Positions 27,837 through 38,460 of a stretch of 64,000 nucleotides of DNA are shown here, one piece after another. The stretch lies in the IMG/VR virus record IMGVR_UViG_3300027987_000212, positions 32,001-96,000 of that record. The stretch is one strand, 5' to 3'. The notes under the pieces were generated by a model. It was not told the DNA's origin, ran no database searches, and saw only the letters and a program-made list of their open reading frames with translations. Source of the DNA: a virus. Both the position numbers and the translations under genes were made by a program. Numbering within the stretch: position 1 is the stretch's first letter; each line of letters starts with the position of its first letter.

Positions 27837-30037
27837 TACCCGTAGACCTCTACAGTTACCCCATGCCAGTACACTGGGTTAACCGAAGTATCGGTTCCGT
27901 CTGCCGCTGCACGTCCAATATGTATCTCGCACAGTTGCCCCGCACTCAGCCCAAATACGGTTACTGTCGTAGCGAACACCAAACGAGTAGACACTGAACC
28001 CGCGAAGAACCCATCGTTAGGTATCAGTACCTGTTGCAGCGTACCGTAACTTGTCTCCGCGGGGCGCCCAACTGCTTCCCATAGCACGTTACCCCCCGAA
28101 CCAACTCGACTAGCATGAATGAACACATTCACAAACTTAGCCCCCGTAGGGACAAGGAGCATAAACACACCAGCATTCGCCGTGGCGGGGTCCAACTCCC
28201 ATCGCTGCATCCTCGTATCATCTGCAACACCAAACGCAGGTACCGTAGTAGCAGCTACCGGACTAGCAGCATTAGGTGCATTTAAGGCAGTGACTGGCCA
28301 GTACACCTGCCTCTCCAGCAACTTGTACACACCCACACTACGCTTTGCAGAATCGTATATTGCAGAGTCAGTCTTGGTCACATCATAGATGCGGACAGAA
28401 TGAATATAGCCCGTAAAGGGTAAGTCAATGCCAGCCCTACGACCAACACATAGGGGAGACGTCGTACCACCTGTAGGAACGGTAGAAGTACCCTGATGTA
28501 CGCAAATACCATTGACGAAGAATCGAATATCAGTACCAGACCTAGTGACCGCTATGTGCTGCCAAACACCTGTAGTAATCACCCCCGCAGCCGTCGAAAT
28601 CAGAGCGTCTACGCCAGCACCTGACTCACTGACAAAGGTTAACCCTAGTGTAGTCAGAACTCTAAGCTCGTACAAGCAATTGTCTGCTTCTAGCTCACTG
28701 GCACCACTGCAAGAAAGCACGGCGGCTGTCGACCCAGGCGCACTCGGCAAGTAGACAACAGCTTCAATAGTCAGCTGCCCAGTTATCTGCAGGTCTACTG
28801 AAGTTACCAGCCCATAGTTCGTCCCAGCCTGGGTGGTGAACGCACTACTTCCTGGTATAGGCCCTGGAACGTACTGTGCGGTTGTGTTGAACGTCAAGTT
28901 GGGTCCTGGCGCCCCTAACCCATCACTAAAGAACCACTGGGCCACAGGGGTCGTCCCGCTGTCCCCCCGCGCATTCAACTGACGCGCCGTTCCAGCCCGA
29001 CCTAAGTTGTTGACTACCGCACTGCCCGACCAGTTAGTAAACGCAACCCCAGAAATCTCCGTAGGGCCATAGTAGTACAGGTGCATCTCTCCACCCGACC
29101 CTGTGGCAAAGTTCACCCCTACCTCAGCTAGGTCACCTGTAACGAGTACTTCCAGGGTAGTTCCTGCGGCATGGTACAACAACCTACTATCCCCAACACC
29201 CTCCGTAGAACTGAGCGTAGTGACGTTGTGAAATACTACAGCACTAGGTCCGTTAATACGCGTTAAGAAGTTGCCACCAGCGCGTCTGAACTGCACATCC
29301 TCTATACGTGCGACTAACTCTGAGTCAGTGAGGTCGAATACCCAGTCGTTGGTACTCGTAGTGACCACAGGTCTACGACCATCCAGTGACCTAGTGCGCA
29401 GAGGGTTAGTTACTGCCACGCTACCTGAAGTAGCCAAGGCGCTGAGCTCGGAAAACGCCAACGAAATACGGCTCTGCAAGTCTACATTGACTGTAATGGT
29501 GGCTGTACCCCCATTCTGACTCCCATCTATCACTAGCTCCGGGCATCCCGGTACTAACTGGACTGCAGCCACTGCCTCGCTCAACGATGTGTACACGTCC
29601 TTAGTAGCAGTTCCGCCAGGCTGCCACACCACCACTCTCTCGACACGACGGGGGTCCCCCGTAGTTGTCCACGTACCGCTGCCTCCGGAGGAAACACGGT
29701 GAACTGTCGTGGCGTCTCTTCCAGCTCGGAGCCGCTGAGATGCCTTGTTGTCAATTAGTCCAGCCCCACTTGCTGCCGTTAGTACTAGTACATTTGCCGC
29801 ATCCACTGATGCGCTGTCGATAACAGTTACGGCGTAGTACCCGTTGTCTCCTGGGTTGGGTAAGTCTACCGTACGTACGCCGGTACCGCTCACGATGATG
29901 AAGTCAGATACCTGGTCCCAGGTACCACTGCCAGCGAGAGTCTGAACCTTAGTACCCGGCACACTACGGAGACCCCAGCGAGTACCGTTCCAGTACTCTT
30001 GGTCGTGTATGCTTACGCCTTTGCCTTTGTACGTCAC
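27836..30037 (-). CDS. Tail fibre/receptor-binding protein with LamG (concanavalin-like) domain
   Basis: LTIEAVV, WQHIAVTRSGTDIRFFVNG, GYIHSVRIYD. Confidence 0.8.
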   Translation of the reverse strand: MTYKGKGVSIHDQEYWNGTRWGLRSVPGTKVQTLAGSGTWDQVSDFIIVSGTGVRTVDLPNPGDNGYYAVTVIDSASVDAANVLVLTAASGAGLIDNKASQRLRAGRDATTVHRVSSGGSGTWTTTGDPRRVERVVVWQPGGTATKDVYTSLSEAVAAVQLVPGCPELVIDGSQNGGTATITVNVDLQSRISLAFSELSALATSGSVAVTNPLRTRSLDGRRPVVTTSTNDWVFDLTDSELVARIEDVQFRRAGGNFLTRINGPSAVVFHNVTTLSSTEGVGDSRLLYHAAGTTLEVLVTGDLAEVGVNFATGSGGEMHLYYYGPTEISGVAFTNWSGSAVVNNLGRAGTARQLNARGDSGTTPVAQWFFSDGLGAPGPNLTFNTTAQYVPGPIPGSSAFTTQAGTNYGLVTSVDLQITGQLTIEAVVYLPSAPGSTAAVLSCSGASELEADNCLYELRVLTTLGLTFVSESGAGVDALISTAAGVITTGVWQHIAVTRSGTDIRFFVNGICVHQGTSTVPTGGTTSPLCVGRRAGIDLPFTGYIHSVRIYDVTKTDSAIYDSAKRSVGVYKLLERQVYWPVTALNAPNAASPVAATTVPAFGVADDTRMQRWELDPATANAGVFMLLVPTGAKFVNVFIHASRVGSGGNVLWEAVGRPAETSYGTLQQVLIPNDGFFAGSVSTRLVFATTVTVFGLSAGQLCEIHIGRAAADGTDTSVNPVYWHGVTVEVYG

Positions 30038-30038
30038 G

Positions 30039-30515
30039 TTAGGTTACCTTCCACTCAGTGCCGTTGTAGATTACCGACACAGCCGCGTAGGGCAGGTTCA
30101 CCGGATGTGTTGCAGACCCATCAACCGTGTTCCCGTTCCCATTGACCGTTATCGACTTGACGTTTGCATTCCCCGCGGAGTCTTTCACCGTGACTCTGCA
30201 CCCAACTTGAGGGCTAGCCGGTAGGGCGATTGCATCAGCGTCATTCCAGCTAGCGTGTGCGGTATTCACGAATACCGTGTTGTGCCCAATGCCTGGGTCG
30301 TCGGATGTCACTGCCACATTTGTGCTTTGAAGGTAGGGCACCTCATCCAGCCTTTCTTGAATCACCTGGTCCACGTCCCAAGGCGGCAGCGCTACTGCAG
30401 AGCCTCCGAGAATAGCCTCGGGGGCATCCACACCCGTGAAGTCATCTGTAGCACTAGTCCAGCTCACGTAAGCGCTGTTCGCTGCGTTGCGCGCCCGCAT
30501 TGCGTAAGTAGCCAC
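30039..30515 (-). CDS. Tail-fibre-associated protein
   Basis: LPASP..G..VTVKD...NA....ITV..NG..VDG...Y.G.EW motif typical of fibre modules. Confidence 0.75.
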   Translation of the reverse strand: MATYAMRARNAANSAYVSWTSATDDFTGVDAPEAILGGSAVALPPWDVDQVIQERLDEVPYLQSTNVAVTSDDPGIGHNTVFVNTAHASWNDADAIALPASPQVGCRVTVKDSAGNANVKSITVNGNGNTVDGSATHPVNLPYAAVSVIYNGTEWKVT

Positions 30516-30517
30516 CG

Positions 30518-31720
30518 TTACACCTGAAACCAGTCGATGATGAACTGCGCCTGCGAGCAGAATGCCCGGTTAGGGCTACCCGTAGTCTGTAGCCGAAGCT
30601 GCGCCTCGTACATATTAGCCCCCGCCGGCAGAGTCAGGTTGGCACTCTTCTGCGTAGGAATGGTCTCCGTGAACACCAGGTTGGAGCCAACCACCGCAGA
30701 TGCGGTAGTGATGTTGAACAACCGTATCTCCGCTGCGTCGGCCGCATCAGTCGTGTGGCAAATGGCTAAAAAGGGGACCAACCCGCCACTGTAGTTGAGT
30801 AGGTCGGAAGGGTTGAATGTAGCAGCACCAATTGCCGTCCACCCGGTGAGGTCCGTGTTCTGTACACCACCCACGATAGTACGCTCGTAGATGTTGTACT
30901 TGCCGCCTATGACCGACCATACATTGCTGCCACGATGCACGAGGTCCACGCTGCCGCCACCCAGCATCTTCAACGTGGACAAGGTATTGATGCTACCTCC
31001 CACGCCCGGCACAATGGTGAGAACTTGCGTATTGTCTTTCGGACCTAGCGCGCTCACTCGTTGCGTGTACCCAGCTGGAGGAGCCGTCGGCAAAGTCAAC
31101 TGCGCTACGCCAGCAATAGTAGGTAGGTCGACTATAGCGTGGGGCTTGGAAGTGACCGTCAGCGTGATGGGGGTAGTCGCGAATACCTGAAAGATGGAGT
31201 AGTCGTACTGACGGAAGAACTGCTCGAGCTGCCCCGAGACCCCATCACCGGCCCACCCACGTGGGTTGACCCCATAGTTCTGCTCGTCTGGTTTGTACGG
31301 CCGAGGGTCCTCTGTGATGATTCCTGGCAATGCCACCGGCAGTGGGTCTGGGTTCTTCTGGTAAGGCGGACGCACGAACCCGTGACGGTCGGGAATACCG
31401 AACACCCTAATGTCCCTATCCAACGTGCCGCCGGCATCACGTACTTCCAGCATGCACCGATAACTGCCGGCCACGTCGACAGCCATACTGTGCGTCGGGG
31501 AGTTGTCGGATGCTTCTGCAAGTACCTGTGGCTGTGCCCCGAGTGCGTACAACGCGCTATCTGGAGGGGCGTCCAGCAGGTAAATTTTCCAAGATGCGAC
31601 ATCAGTGTTGTTGCCGTTGGTGATGGTGACGCTACCATCCGTCAGGGTACCCAGTACGGCTATGCCTGCCGCGGCGGTATTCGGCCCCTGCGTGAACTTG
31701 ATGAGTGCGGTTGCTGCCAT
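30518..31720 (-). CDS. Tail-associated structural protein (400 aa)
   Basis: PKD-like N-terminus (WKIYLLDAPPDS...DVAGSY); fibre-like module. Confidence 0.75.
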   Translation of the reverse strand: MAATALIKFTQGPNTAAAGIAVLGTLTDGSVTITNGNNTDVASWKIYLLDAPPDSALYALGAQPQVLAEASDNSPTHSMAVDVAGSYRCMLEVRDAGGTLDRDIRVFGIPDRHGFVRPPYQKNPDPLPVALPGIITEDPRPYKPDEQNYGVNPRGWAGDGVSGQLEQFFRQYDYSIFQVFATTPITLTVTSKPHAIVDLPTIAGVAQLTLPTAPPAGYTQRVSALGPKDNTQVLTIVPGVGGSINTLSTLKMLGGGSVDLVHRGSNVWSVIGGKYNIYERTIVGGVQNTDLTGWTAIGAATFNPSDLLNYSGGLVPFLAICHTTDAADAAEIRLFNITTASAVVGSNLVFTETIPTQKSANLTLPAGANMYEAQLRLQTTGSPNRAFCSQAQFIIDWFQV

Positions 31721-31748
31721 TGACTACCTGCCTGCTGTCTCGTAAGGT
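31720..31748 (+). promoter_or_regulatory. sigma70-like promoter giving a leaderless mRNA
   Basis: TTGACT(31720)-17 nt-TAAGGT(31743), 6 nt before ATG 31755; no SD. Confidence 0.6.
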
Positions 31749-31754
31749 CTGACG

Positions 31755-32048
31755 ATGCCTGTGTTCAAAGAGATGGACCCGGAAGTACTACGTCGACTAG
31801 TCGAAGGGTACGAAGACGTCCTGACTGGGGAAGCAGCAGGTAACGATGCCTTCTACAGAACGTTCCGCTGCCCCCGTGGGTGCGGGCCACTTCAGAAAGA
31901 GTTCGATACCCGGCACACATTCAGCGACCCCGATACGCTCACGCCACGAGCACTGCTCCGCTGCGGGCAATGCGGCTATCTCGTCGAACCACACACCAAC
32001 GCCGTCCTGGAGAGCGGCAACATCAGTAAGGCCATACCAGACCGTTGA
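31755..32048 (+). CDS. Small Zn-ribbon protein on the opposite strand inside the tail operon
   Basis: CPRGCG...RCGQCG. Confidence 0.8.
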   Translation: MPVFKEMDPEVLRRLVEGYEDVLTGEAAGNDAFYRTFRCPRGCGPLQKEFDTRHTFSDPDTLTPRALLRCGQCGYLVEPHTNAVLESGNISKAIPDR

Positions 32049-32095
32049 AGGTGGCGAGATAGTCCACGTACCGGCCCCACCCTGACACTTCGCAG

Positions 32096-35000
32096 TCATG
32101 CGATTCTCCGTATCACGTTGAGGACATCCGGCAAGAACGCCGCGAGCCTACCAGTTGTAAGTCGGTTCTGAGACCTGTGCGCCAGAATACTTCGGTCCAC
32201 TCCGTGTACGATGGCGATGAGGTCCAGGGGATTCTCGATACTAGTTGCCCCGGCATTAGTCAGGATACTTTGGATGTTGCTGCTCTCCAAGGCCTCTACC
32301 GGAGACAACCCAACGATGTGGTTCTCCAACGCGGGCACGGTAATTTCCTCGCTGGAACCACCGATATACGTGACGTCGAAGCGCACAAAGTGGGGCAGCA
32401 AGAACCGCACCAATGGACTACTACACACAGTCCTCTCCGTCTCTGCTGTGACGTAGTCGTTGACATTCGAGACCAGACTAGACCGCTCGTAGGTGACCTG
32501 AATATTCTGCCCCACCAGCTGGGTCGCATTGGTGGGGTCATCATCAACACCTGCCTCGAGAATGGACCGCGATAGCACTAAGCGCGGCCGCTCGACGGTA
32601 GAGAACGTCAAGTTCTCGTCTTCCGTAGTCAGGTAGTACCCCTCTGCCCTGTACCCTTCTGCGGTCAACTGCTGGTCAGCATCGATGTTGTACGCATCCC
32701 CCGTACCTTCACTGACCAGCTCCACGTCGAAGTAGTACAAGGAGGCCTCCGCCTCGTTGTCCACCATCGTACCTGTGCTGATGCGCTGAACACCGTTGCG
32801 CAGAACTCGGTACTGCTGCCGTACTAACGTAGACGCATACGGAGAGAACGCAGACGCAGCAAAGGCTGCCACGAGAGTGACTTGCGTCGCCGAATCTACT
32901 GACGCTATCTCGTACTCCCCCGCGACTGGGGACTGGTTTGACTGCTGTGAGGTGAACGACGCTGTGGGAGAAGTTCCCTGCACATCCCCCAGAATGAGCG
33001 GGTTAGCCGTACCAGTTCCACGAATGACGACAGATACGTCTGCCTCGAATTCCAACGTGTTTGCATTGGTTAACCTGGCTATGACGATACCGGCGGCAGC
33101 GTTGATTTGGTCAACAACTCCATCACGTGTAACCTCAGTCGCACCAATACTACCGTCATCCCGAATGAAGATGAGCTCATGGTCTGGCCCTCCGTCTACC
33201 GAGAAGACTAGAGTCTTGTTTACCAGGTTGGGGACAGGGTCCGCCAAGGCAATAGTACCCCCCAACGGTATGTAGTCCAGAACCAAGGTATCCCCAGGCA
33301 AAATGCCCGCGCGCACAAAGTCTTGGTTCAACGAAGCGAACACGGCAGACGATTCCATCGCAGACCCATCCATAGGCTTCACGTCGGAGGGCAGCGGAGG
33401 TATCTGCTGGTGCGATAGTGTCGGGTCCGGTGTGAACCGAACTAGACCATCCTCTGTGACTAGCGAGAAGTACGTCTCGTTGGTTCGCGCCTCGAACGTC
33501 GTGGGCTCCAAGAAGAACAGACGCACAGACCCAATAGAACGGGAACCTACTTGAGCGCGCACGGCTATCTCTGGATTGAGCGGCCTGTTCAACTCAACAG
33601 GGAGCAATGCTGTAGAGGGCAAACTACCGCTGAATATGTAGCCCACCTGGTAGGGTCCGGGAACTACGCCCACCTGGTTACCGTCAATGAACTGAATGAC
33701 ATCTAGGCCCGTAGCTAGGTCCAGCAGCGGGTTCAAGTTACCCCACCCCGTAAGCTCGGCAGTGGATGACCGAATGTCATTCGTCGTGTACACCTGAGTA
33801 TTGCCGAACAACGCGGGCATAGCACTGCTAGGGATAGTCGCTACATACCCAGTAATGCCGAACGGCCTAAACCCGACCCTATCGCCATCAGGGTCTGAAA
33901 TCACCACAGCGGCTGATGGCTCGGATACCTGAGCCAAGGTGGCTGCGTTGATTTCGGCAGCTACCTCTGTCGCCGTTTTGTTGCCAGCAGTGAACGTGAT
34001 GGACACAGCAGAGATGCCGAACTCGGCTGTGCCCACACTCAGGTCTAGGGTAAGCCCTCCGACGACGAATCCCCCACCAGGCTCATTTCCTGTAAGCAAC
34101 CCCAAGCGTGTATCCACGAACGTGTGCTTGATGCCTCGTGCAGGGTTCTGGAATGCTCGCGACTGGATGTCCACCGGCTTCGCGTAGGGAATCGTAGTGC
34201 CCAATGGCTGATTAGACGTATCCAACAACTCAATGGAACGCACACGAACAAGCGGAGGCAGGAGGTTGCCCGCAGCATTCGCACGGAACACCGTGTACTG
34301 CACGCCCGACTGCGTCAGTGTCAACGTCCTATCCAGCCGCAGGCTAGTAAAGCCAGGTGTCAGGGGGTCTTCTACGACTTGGTAGTCGCCTGCATCCGCA
34401 CCATCCAGGATACGTAGCGTGTCGCCCTGAGAAACCCCCAATGCGTCGAAGTCCGTACCGGCACCAGTGGTGACATCAGTACTTCCTTGGGTAGTTACTA
34501 AGTCACCAGCGGCTATCCTAGTCTCCTTGATGTCGGTCAACGCGATGTTTACGTCATCGAACACGCGCCACTGCGCGATAGGCGCCACTCCTGACGTAAA
34601 CGCGGGGGTAACCGTCAGCACTGGTGATTGTGTGAGCGCCTGTACTACAGACAAGATACGGTACACTCCCGCGTTCACCCCGTCCACAATCTGGATAGAC
34701 AATGAATCTCGCGCAGCTCGCTTCAGCAACGCGTAAGTGCTATCACCCACCAAGTAGGTGCCCTCCAATACCTCGTCAGCTAGCGTACATTGCGTAGTAT
34801 TGCCGGAGTTGAATGTAGCTGACGAACCAGAAAGTTCTGGCTCATCATCTGCCACCGCATCGATGATTAACGTCGCTTCATCTGAGGATACACCACGTAC
34901 GTGTATATCTACGGCACCCCCGATATGCACCTCGTTGTCGTTAATGGTGACTTCGCCCGTCGCTGCACTAGGAAACAAGATGCCACCAGGTATGCCGCTC

Positions 35001-36166
35001 AGCGTGAGTTGCTTCCTACGCAACGTCCAAGCCAGGCCGGTACGGCCAATCACCATAGTGGCTGTCGCCACCTCAAGAATGTCCGTGGACACGACGCGGG
35101 TAACCAGCAAGTCATCCACCACGGTACTGCCCGCAAACGCGCCAATGGGAGACAGGACCATTGACGTCGTAACGGGGCCCACCGGGCCAATGAGTTGGGT
35201 GAAGTCTATGCCCGCGTCCAGTACACGAAAACGTGCCGTACGCCCGCCGGCAGCGCTGTCCGTTAGCGTTTGTCCCAAGGTACCCGCAGCAACAGCTGCG
35301 CCTAGCCCACCTCCGCGTAGCACATCTCGACCCATCTCTGGGTCGTTGAACCCAACAGTGTTGAGTCGGGTCACCTCAGGAAAGCTGTTTGTGAGCTTGG
35401 CCGCGATACCACGAAGCGTGACTAGAGAACGTTCCGTGAGTTGCTGCTGAACGGAGTCTACAAACTCAGCAGCGGTAGCTGCGTCCAACCCACCACGAAA
35501 CCTGCGCTGATTGGTAACTCGCACAGCTGCTTCCAGGTTCGCTACGGAAGACAGCTCATCCGGGCCGATATCGTACTTACTTCCCGGCTCCGCCGCGATG
35601 AGATTTACGTCGAAGTAGAACAGTCCAAGAGCATTGTCGTAGTTCAACAACATCTCTTCGACTCGAATACTCTGTGACTCTGTAGGCGGGTACTTGTACC
35701 CACTCTTAGACGTGAAGAAATTGACAGGGGTCAAGCTTACCTGTTGAGCTTGCGCAAAGTAGATGCGCCCCACACCCTTCGAGTATTCACCCTTGGGACG
35801 TTCCGCGAAAAGGTTAGCACCTAGTGCATCTGCTTCTTCCTCCGTGAGTACGTCACGGTCGCGGAAACTTTGCCCCTGCCGCACACGTACGACCTCACGT
35901 ACTACGGGGTCCCACAAGAGCTGCGCAGGCTTCACCAGCAAGTCCGTGAGAGCGTCACCGTCATCGACGGCCATGTCTGGATAAGCTTGCTGGAGCCGTG
36001 TGGTGACGAACGTCTCGAGGTCTACAGTAAAGGGGTCCGTCCCCAGTCGCCGCTTCAAGGGTTGAATGACCTGCTTATCGAAGGGTGCCCCCGGGCTCAG
36101 GTCCAGCGTAGAGTCGAACTGAGCAGCTCGCTCTCGAATGAACGCTTCAAGGTCTCGTATGGCCAT
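32096..36166 (-). CDS. Baseplate J-like wedge protein with long insertions (1356 aa)
   Basis: N-terminal D.LVKP...L..EEADALGANLF.ER..G...G..RIYF; AAEPGSKY; GGLD. Confidence 0.8.
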   Translation of the reverse strand: MAIRDLEAFIRERAAQFDSTLDLSPGAPFDKQVIQPLKRRLGTDPFTVDLETFVTTRLQQAYPDMAVDDGDALTDLLVKPAQLLWDPVVREVVRVRQGQSFRDRDVLTEEEADALGANLFAERPKGEYSKGVGRIYFAQAQQVSLTPVNFFTSKSGYKYPPTESQSIRVEEMLLNYDNALGLFYFDVNLIAAEPGSKYDIGPDELSSVANLEAAVRVTNQRRFRGGLDAATAAEFVDSVQQQLTERSLVTLRGIAAKLTNSFPEVTRLNTVGFNDPEMGRDVLRGGGLGAAVAAGTLGQTLTDSAAGGRTARFRVLDAGIDFTQLIGPVGPVTTSMVLSPIGAFAGSTVVDDLLVTRVVSTDILEVATATMVIGRTGLAWTLRRKQLTLSGIPGGILFPSAATGEVTINDNEVHIGGAVDIHVRGVSSDEATLIIDAVADDEPELSGSSATFNSGNTTQCTLADEVLEGTYLVGDSTYALLKRAARDSLSIQIVDGVNAGVYRILSVVQALTQSPVLTVTPAFTSGVAPIAQWRVFDDVNIALTDIKETRIAAGDLVTTQGSTDVTTGAGTDFDALGVSQGDTLRILDGADAGDYQVVEDPLTPGFTSLRLDRTLTLTQSGVQYTVFRANAAGNLLPPLVRVRSIELLDTSNQPLGTTIPYAKPVDIQSRAFQNPARGIKHTFVDTRLGLLTGNEPGGGFVVGGLTLDLSVGTAEFGISAVSITFTAGNKTATEVAAEINAATLAQVSEPSAAVVISDPDGDRVGFRPFGITGYVATIPSSAMPALFGNTQVYTTNDIRSSTAELTGWGNLNPLLDLATGLDVIQFIDGNQVGVVPGPYQVGYIFSGSLPSTALLPVELNRPLNPEIAVRAQVGSRSIGSVRLFFLEPTTFEARTNETYFSLVTEDGLVRFTPDPTLSHQQIPPLPSDVKPMDGSAMESSAVFASLNQDFVRAGILPGDTLVLDYIPLGGTIALADPVPNLVNKTLVFSVDGGPDHELIFIRDDGSIGATEVTRDGVVDQINAAAGIVIARLTNANTLEFEADVSVVIRGTGTANPLILGDVQGTSPTASFTSQQSNQSPVAGEYEIASVDSATQVTLVAAFAASAFSPYASTLVRQQYRVLRNGVQRISTGTMVDNEAEASLYYFDVELVSEGTGDAYNIDADQQLTAEGYRAEGYYLTTEDENLTFSTVERPRLVLSRSILEAGVDDDPTNATQLVGQNIQVTYERSSLVSNVNDYVTAETERTVCSSPLVRFLLPHFVRFDVTYIGGSSEEITVPALENHIVGLSPVEALESSNIQSILTNAGATSIENPLDLIAIVHGVDRSILAHRSQNRLTTGRLAAFLPDVLNVIRRIA

Positions 36167-36819
36167 CAGATACCTATGTTGGTCAGAGCGGTGCGCCCAC
36201 CCTGGGAAGTAATCTCTACCGATACATCCAACCCACTTGCTTCTGGGTTGAAGCTCGAACTCAGCACCTTGGCAGACAGCAGTCGCTCATCCCTCGGAAG
36301 TCGAGGATTGCGGCTCTGACTTGCGACAAGCTGCCGTGCAGTTTGGTCTACCGCAATGACGAAGTCTTGTACTAGGTCTGCCCCCTCATCTACCCCATAC
36401 GTATGCCCGATGCCGCGCAACGCCCCGCCACCAAGATTCGGAGAGAAGATGTCCGTGCCCGGGGTAGTGAACAACACTTTGACAAACACCTGCACAAGAC
36501 GCGTGATACCGCTTACCCGCCCTGGTGTCCGCCCCACTCGAGTACGCAGCAAGCTACGCGAGGTGACTACCAGCCGCTTGGACAGCACAGACACCGAGGT
36601 AATGCGGTCGCTGCCTAGTGTGTCGGGTAGCTGCGCAAGTAGCCTAGTTTGACCCAGTACTACGACATCGGGAGATACCTGACCGTTGATGAGCACCTCG
36701 TCGACAGACCGGAAGTCATCCCCTAAGACGTCCAACGCGCGTGGGGGCCCAGGGACCAGCCGCACCTTGTTCAACAGCACCACCTCTTGGGGCACCACCA
36801 CTTGGAAGTCTACAGCCAC
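36166..36819 (-). CDS. Baseplate gp25-like protein with IPT-like N-terminus
   Basis: GDDFRSVDEVLING; LVQVFVKVLFTTPGTD.F..N.GGG; DERL. Confidence 0.7.
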   Translation of the reverse strand: MAVDFQVVVPQEVVLLNKVRLVPGPPRALDVLGDDFRSVDEVLINGQVSPDVVVLGQTRLLAQLPDTLGSDRITSVSVLSKRLVVTSRSLLRTRVGRTPGRVSGITRLVQVFVKVLFTTPGTDIFSPNLGGGALRGIGHTYGVDEGADLVQDFVIAVDQTARQLVASQSRNPRLPRDERLLSAKVLSSSFNPEASGLDVSVEITSQGGRTALTNIGI

Positions 36820-36825
36820 ACAGGG

Positions 36826-36834
36826 ATTCTACCA
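36826..36834 (-). promoter_or_regulatory. Class B extended -10 (TGG TAGAAT), leaderless
   Basis: Hexamer ends 6 nt before GTG 36819. Confidence 0.6.
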
Positions 36835-36859
36835 CTACCCCCGCCCCAGACTCCTAGCT

Positions 36860-36893
36860 AAAAAGAAAGGCCCGGGGAATACACCTCGGGCCT
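36860..36893 (-). terminator. Rho-independent terminator after endolysin
   Basis: 10-bp stem AGGCCCGGGG/CCTCGGGCCT followed on - strand by TTCTTTTT. Confidence 0.8.
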
Positions 36894-36944
36894 CTCGATT
36901 GCTGAAGAGCGTCGAGCTGACACTGCCCCAACGTGACGACCAAG

Positions 36945-38060
36945 TCAAGTATGGTTCGTCATGTACGCTGGCCCTAACCGAGCCGCCAGCGCACCCGCAG
37001 TTCGTCGGTCCATCTTGCCGTCTACTTCTGCACGTGGAATGGTCTTCTCCGTCTCCTCAAAGGAGCGTAGTGCTTCTGTAGTCTTAGCCCCCCACCGGCC
37101 ATCTGCACCCGCGGGGCCCAAGTCATACCCCAGGTACAGTAGGGCCTTCTGTACCTCCAACGTATCCCACAACTTGGTGGGCAGCGCGCCTGCCCGCTGT
37201 TTGAACTTCAGCTCCTCCGCAAAGTCTGGCAGCTCAACACCGTACAGCTGCTCCACTACTGGACGAATCTTGTTGTACCGATGTGGGTAGATGGTGATGC
37301 CCTTGTGGAAGGTGAGATACCGCAGAATGGTAGTGACACCCTCCGCCGACTCCGGTGATGCCCCTGTCTCTGCCCTCGCTACTTGCAATGACTGTGAAGC
37401 CCAGGTCGGGTTGTTGGCAGCAAAGCTGATGTAGGCAGCATGGGCAGCACGCGCCCAAGCATTCCCCTCGAGTAGCTCTGGAGGGAAGACGCTCTTAGCG
37501 AAGGGTGTGCGGAATCCCAACACACGCTGAGCCGTATACTGAAGCTGCACCTCCGCGGCCGCAGGACTTTCCCACACCGTAGAGACCGCTGCAGCAAATC
37601 TTCGGGCGTGCTCCCTCGATGCGGTATCCCACGTACCCTTCTTACCGTTGGAGCGCAGGAAGAGCAAACGGTTCTGCTCGTCATCCGTGTCGACGATGTC
37701 CGACCCTAGCCGAAACCGCCAGCGTCCACGCAAGTCCTGCTGGAAGTCTGCACGGAATGTACCCAAGAAGTCGAGTAGAGGGCTCAAAGCACTCCTACCC
37801 AACTTCTCGACTACCGCCCCCAACATACCACTCACGCCGAACATGCGTGCCTCACACCACTGAATCAACCCAGAACTGCACTTGCAGCGGTCGTACCCAT
37901 TGTAGGCATCAAACGCCCCACCCTCCGTCGCGGTGATGACGGCAACCAGCTTGTGGTCCTCCGAGGGGTTTGGGGGCAGCGTAAACCTGTGCCTACCCAG
38001 GTAGTACGGGCCCTCATACTCCTTGTACGAACCCCAACCAATCTCACCAACAGCAACCAT
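36945..38060 (-). CDS. Endolysin: lysozyme-like catalytic domain plus C-terminal peptidoglycan-binding domain
   Basis: ATG 38060 with GGAGG; TEGG.FDAYNGYD...SSGLIQW; VQKALLYLGYDLGPAGADGRWGAKTTEALRSFE. Confidence 0.85.
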   Translation of the reverse strand: MVAVGEIGWGSYKEYEGPYYLGRHRFTLPPNPSEDHKLVAVITATEGGAFDAYNGYDRCKCSSGLIQWCEARMFGVSGMLGAVVEKLGRSALSPLLDFLGTFRADFQQDLRGRWRFRLGSDIVDTDDEQNRLLFLRSNGKKGTWDTASREHARRFAAAVSTVWESPAAAEVQLQYTAQRVLGFRTPFAKSVFPPELLEGNAWARAAHAAYISFAANNPTWASQSLQVARAETGASPESAEGVTTILRYLTFHKGITIYPHRYNKIRPVVEQLYGVELPDFAEELKFKQRAGALPTKLWDTLEVQKALLYLGYDLGPAGADGRWGAKTTEALRSFEETEKTIPRAEVDGKMDRRTAGALAARLGPAYMTNHT

Positions 38061-38061
38061 G

Positions 38062-38460
38062 TTAACCTCCTGTACTATATGCTTGTACCCAGCCAAGGAA
38101 CTGCAACTGAATGTCATGCATCATGACATCAGCGAAGTAAGTCAGTGGATACTGGTCCTCGTTGAGTGGGTAACCGTACGTCCCGCAGAATTGCAGTACG
38201 CACTGGTCGAGGTACTTCAGTACCTCTGCTGGTATCAGCCCCCACTCATTGCAACAACGAGCCAGCGCACCATCCAACGACCACCGACGTGCGTGGGGGC
38301 TTACAGGCTTCACCTGCACGAAGTCCTCCGTACACGCAGGCATGTCCTGTACCCACCGACTATCGTCACCCAGAAGCAGCTGAACATCCAGCAGTACTTC
38401 GTGCAAGCTCCTGCCCGCTAGCAGTAACCCGCCATCACGGTAGTACGGGTCAAAGTTCAC
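38062..38460 (-). CDS. Hypothetical protein (DUF6197-like)
   Basis: W.Q...WSLDGAL...N motif; TAGTG coupling. Confidence 0.65.
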   Translation of the reverse strand: MNFDPYYRDGGLLLAGRSLHEVLLDVQLLLGDDSRWVQDMPACTEDFVQVKPVSPHARRWSLDGALARCCNEWGLIPAEVLKYLDQCVLQFCGTYGYPLNEDQYPLTYFADVMMHDIQLQFLGWVQAYSTGG

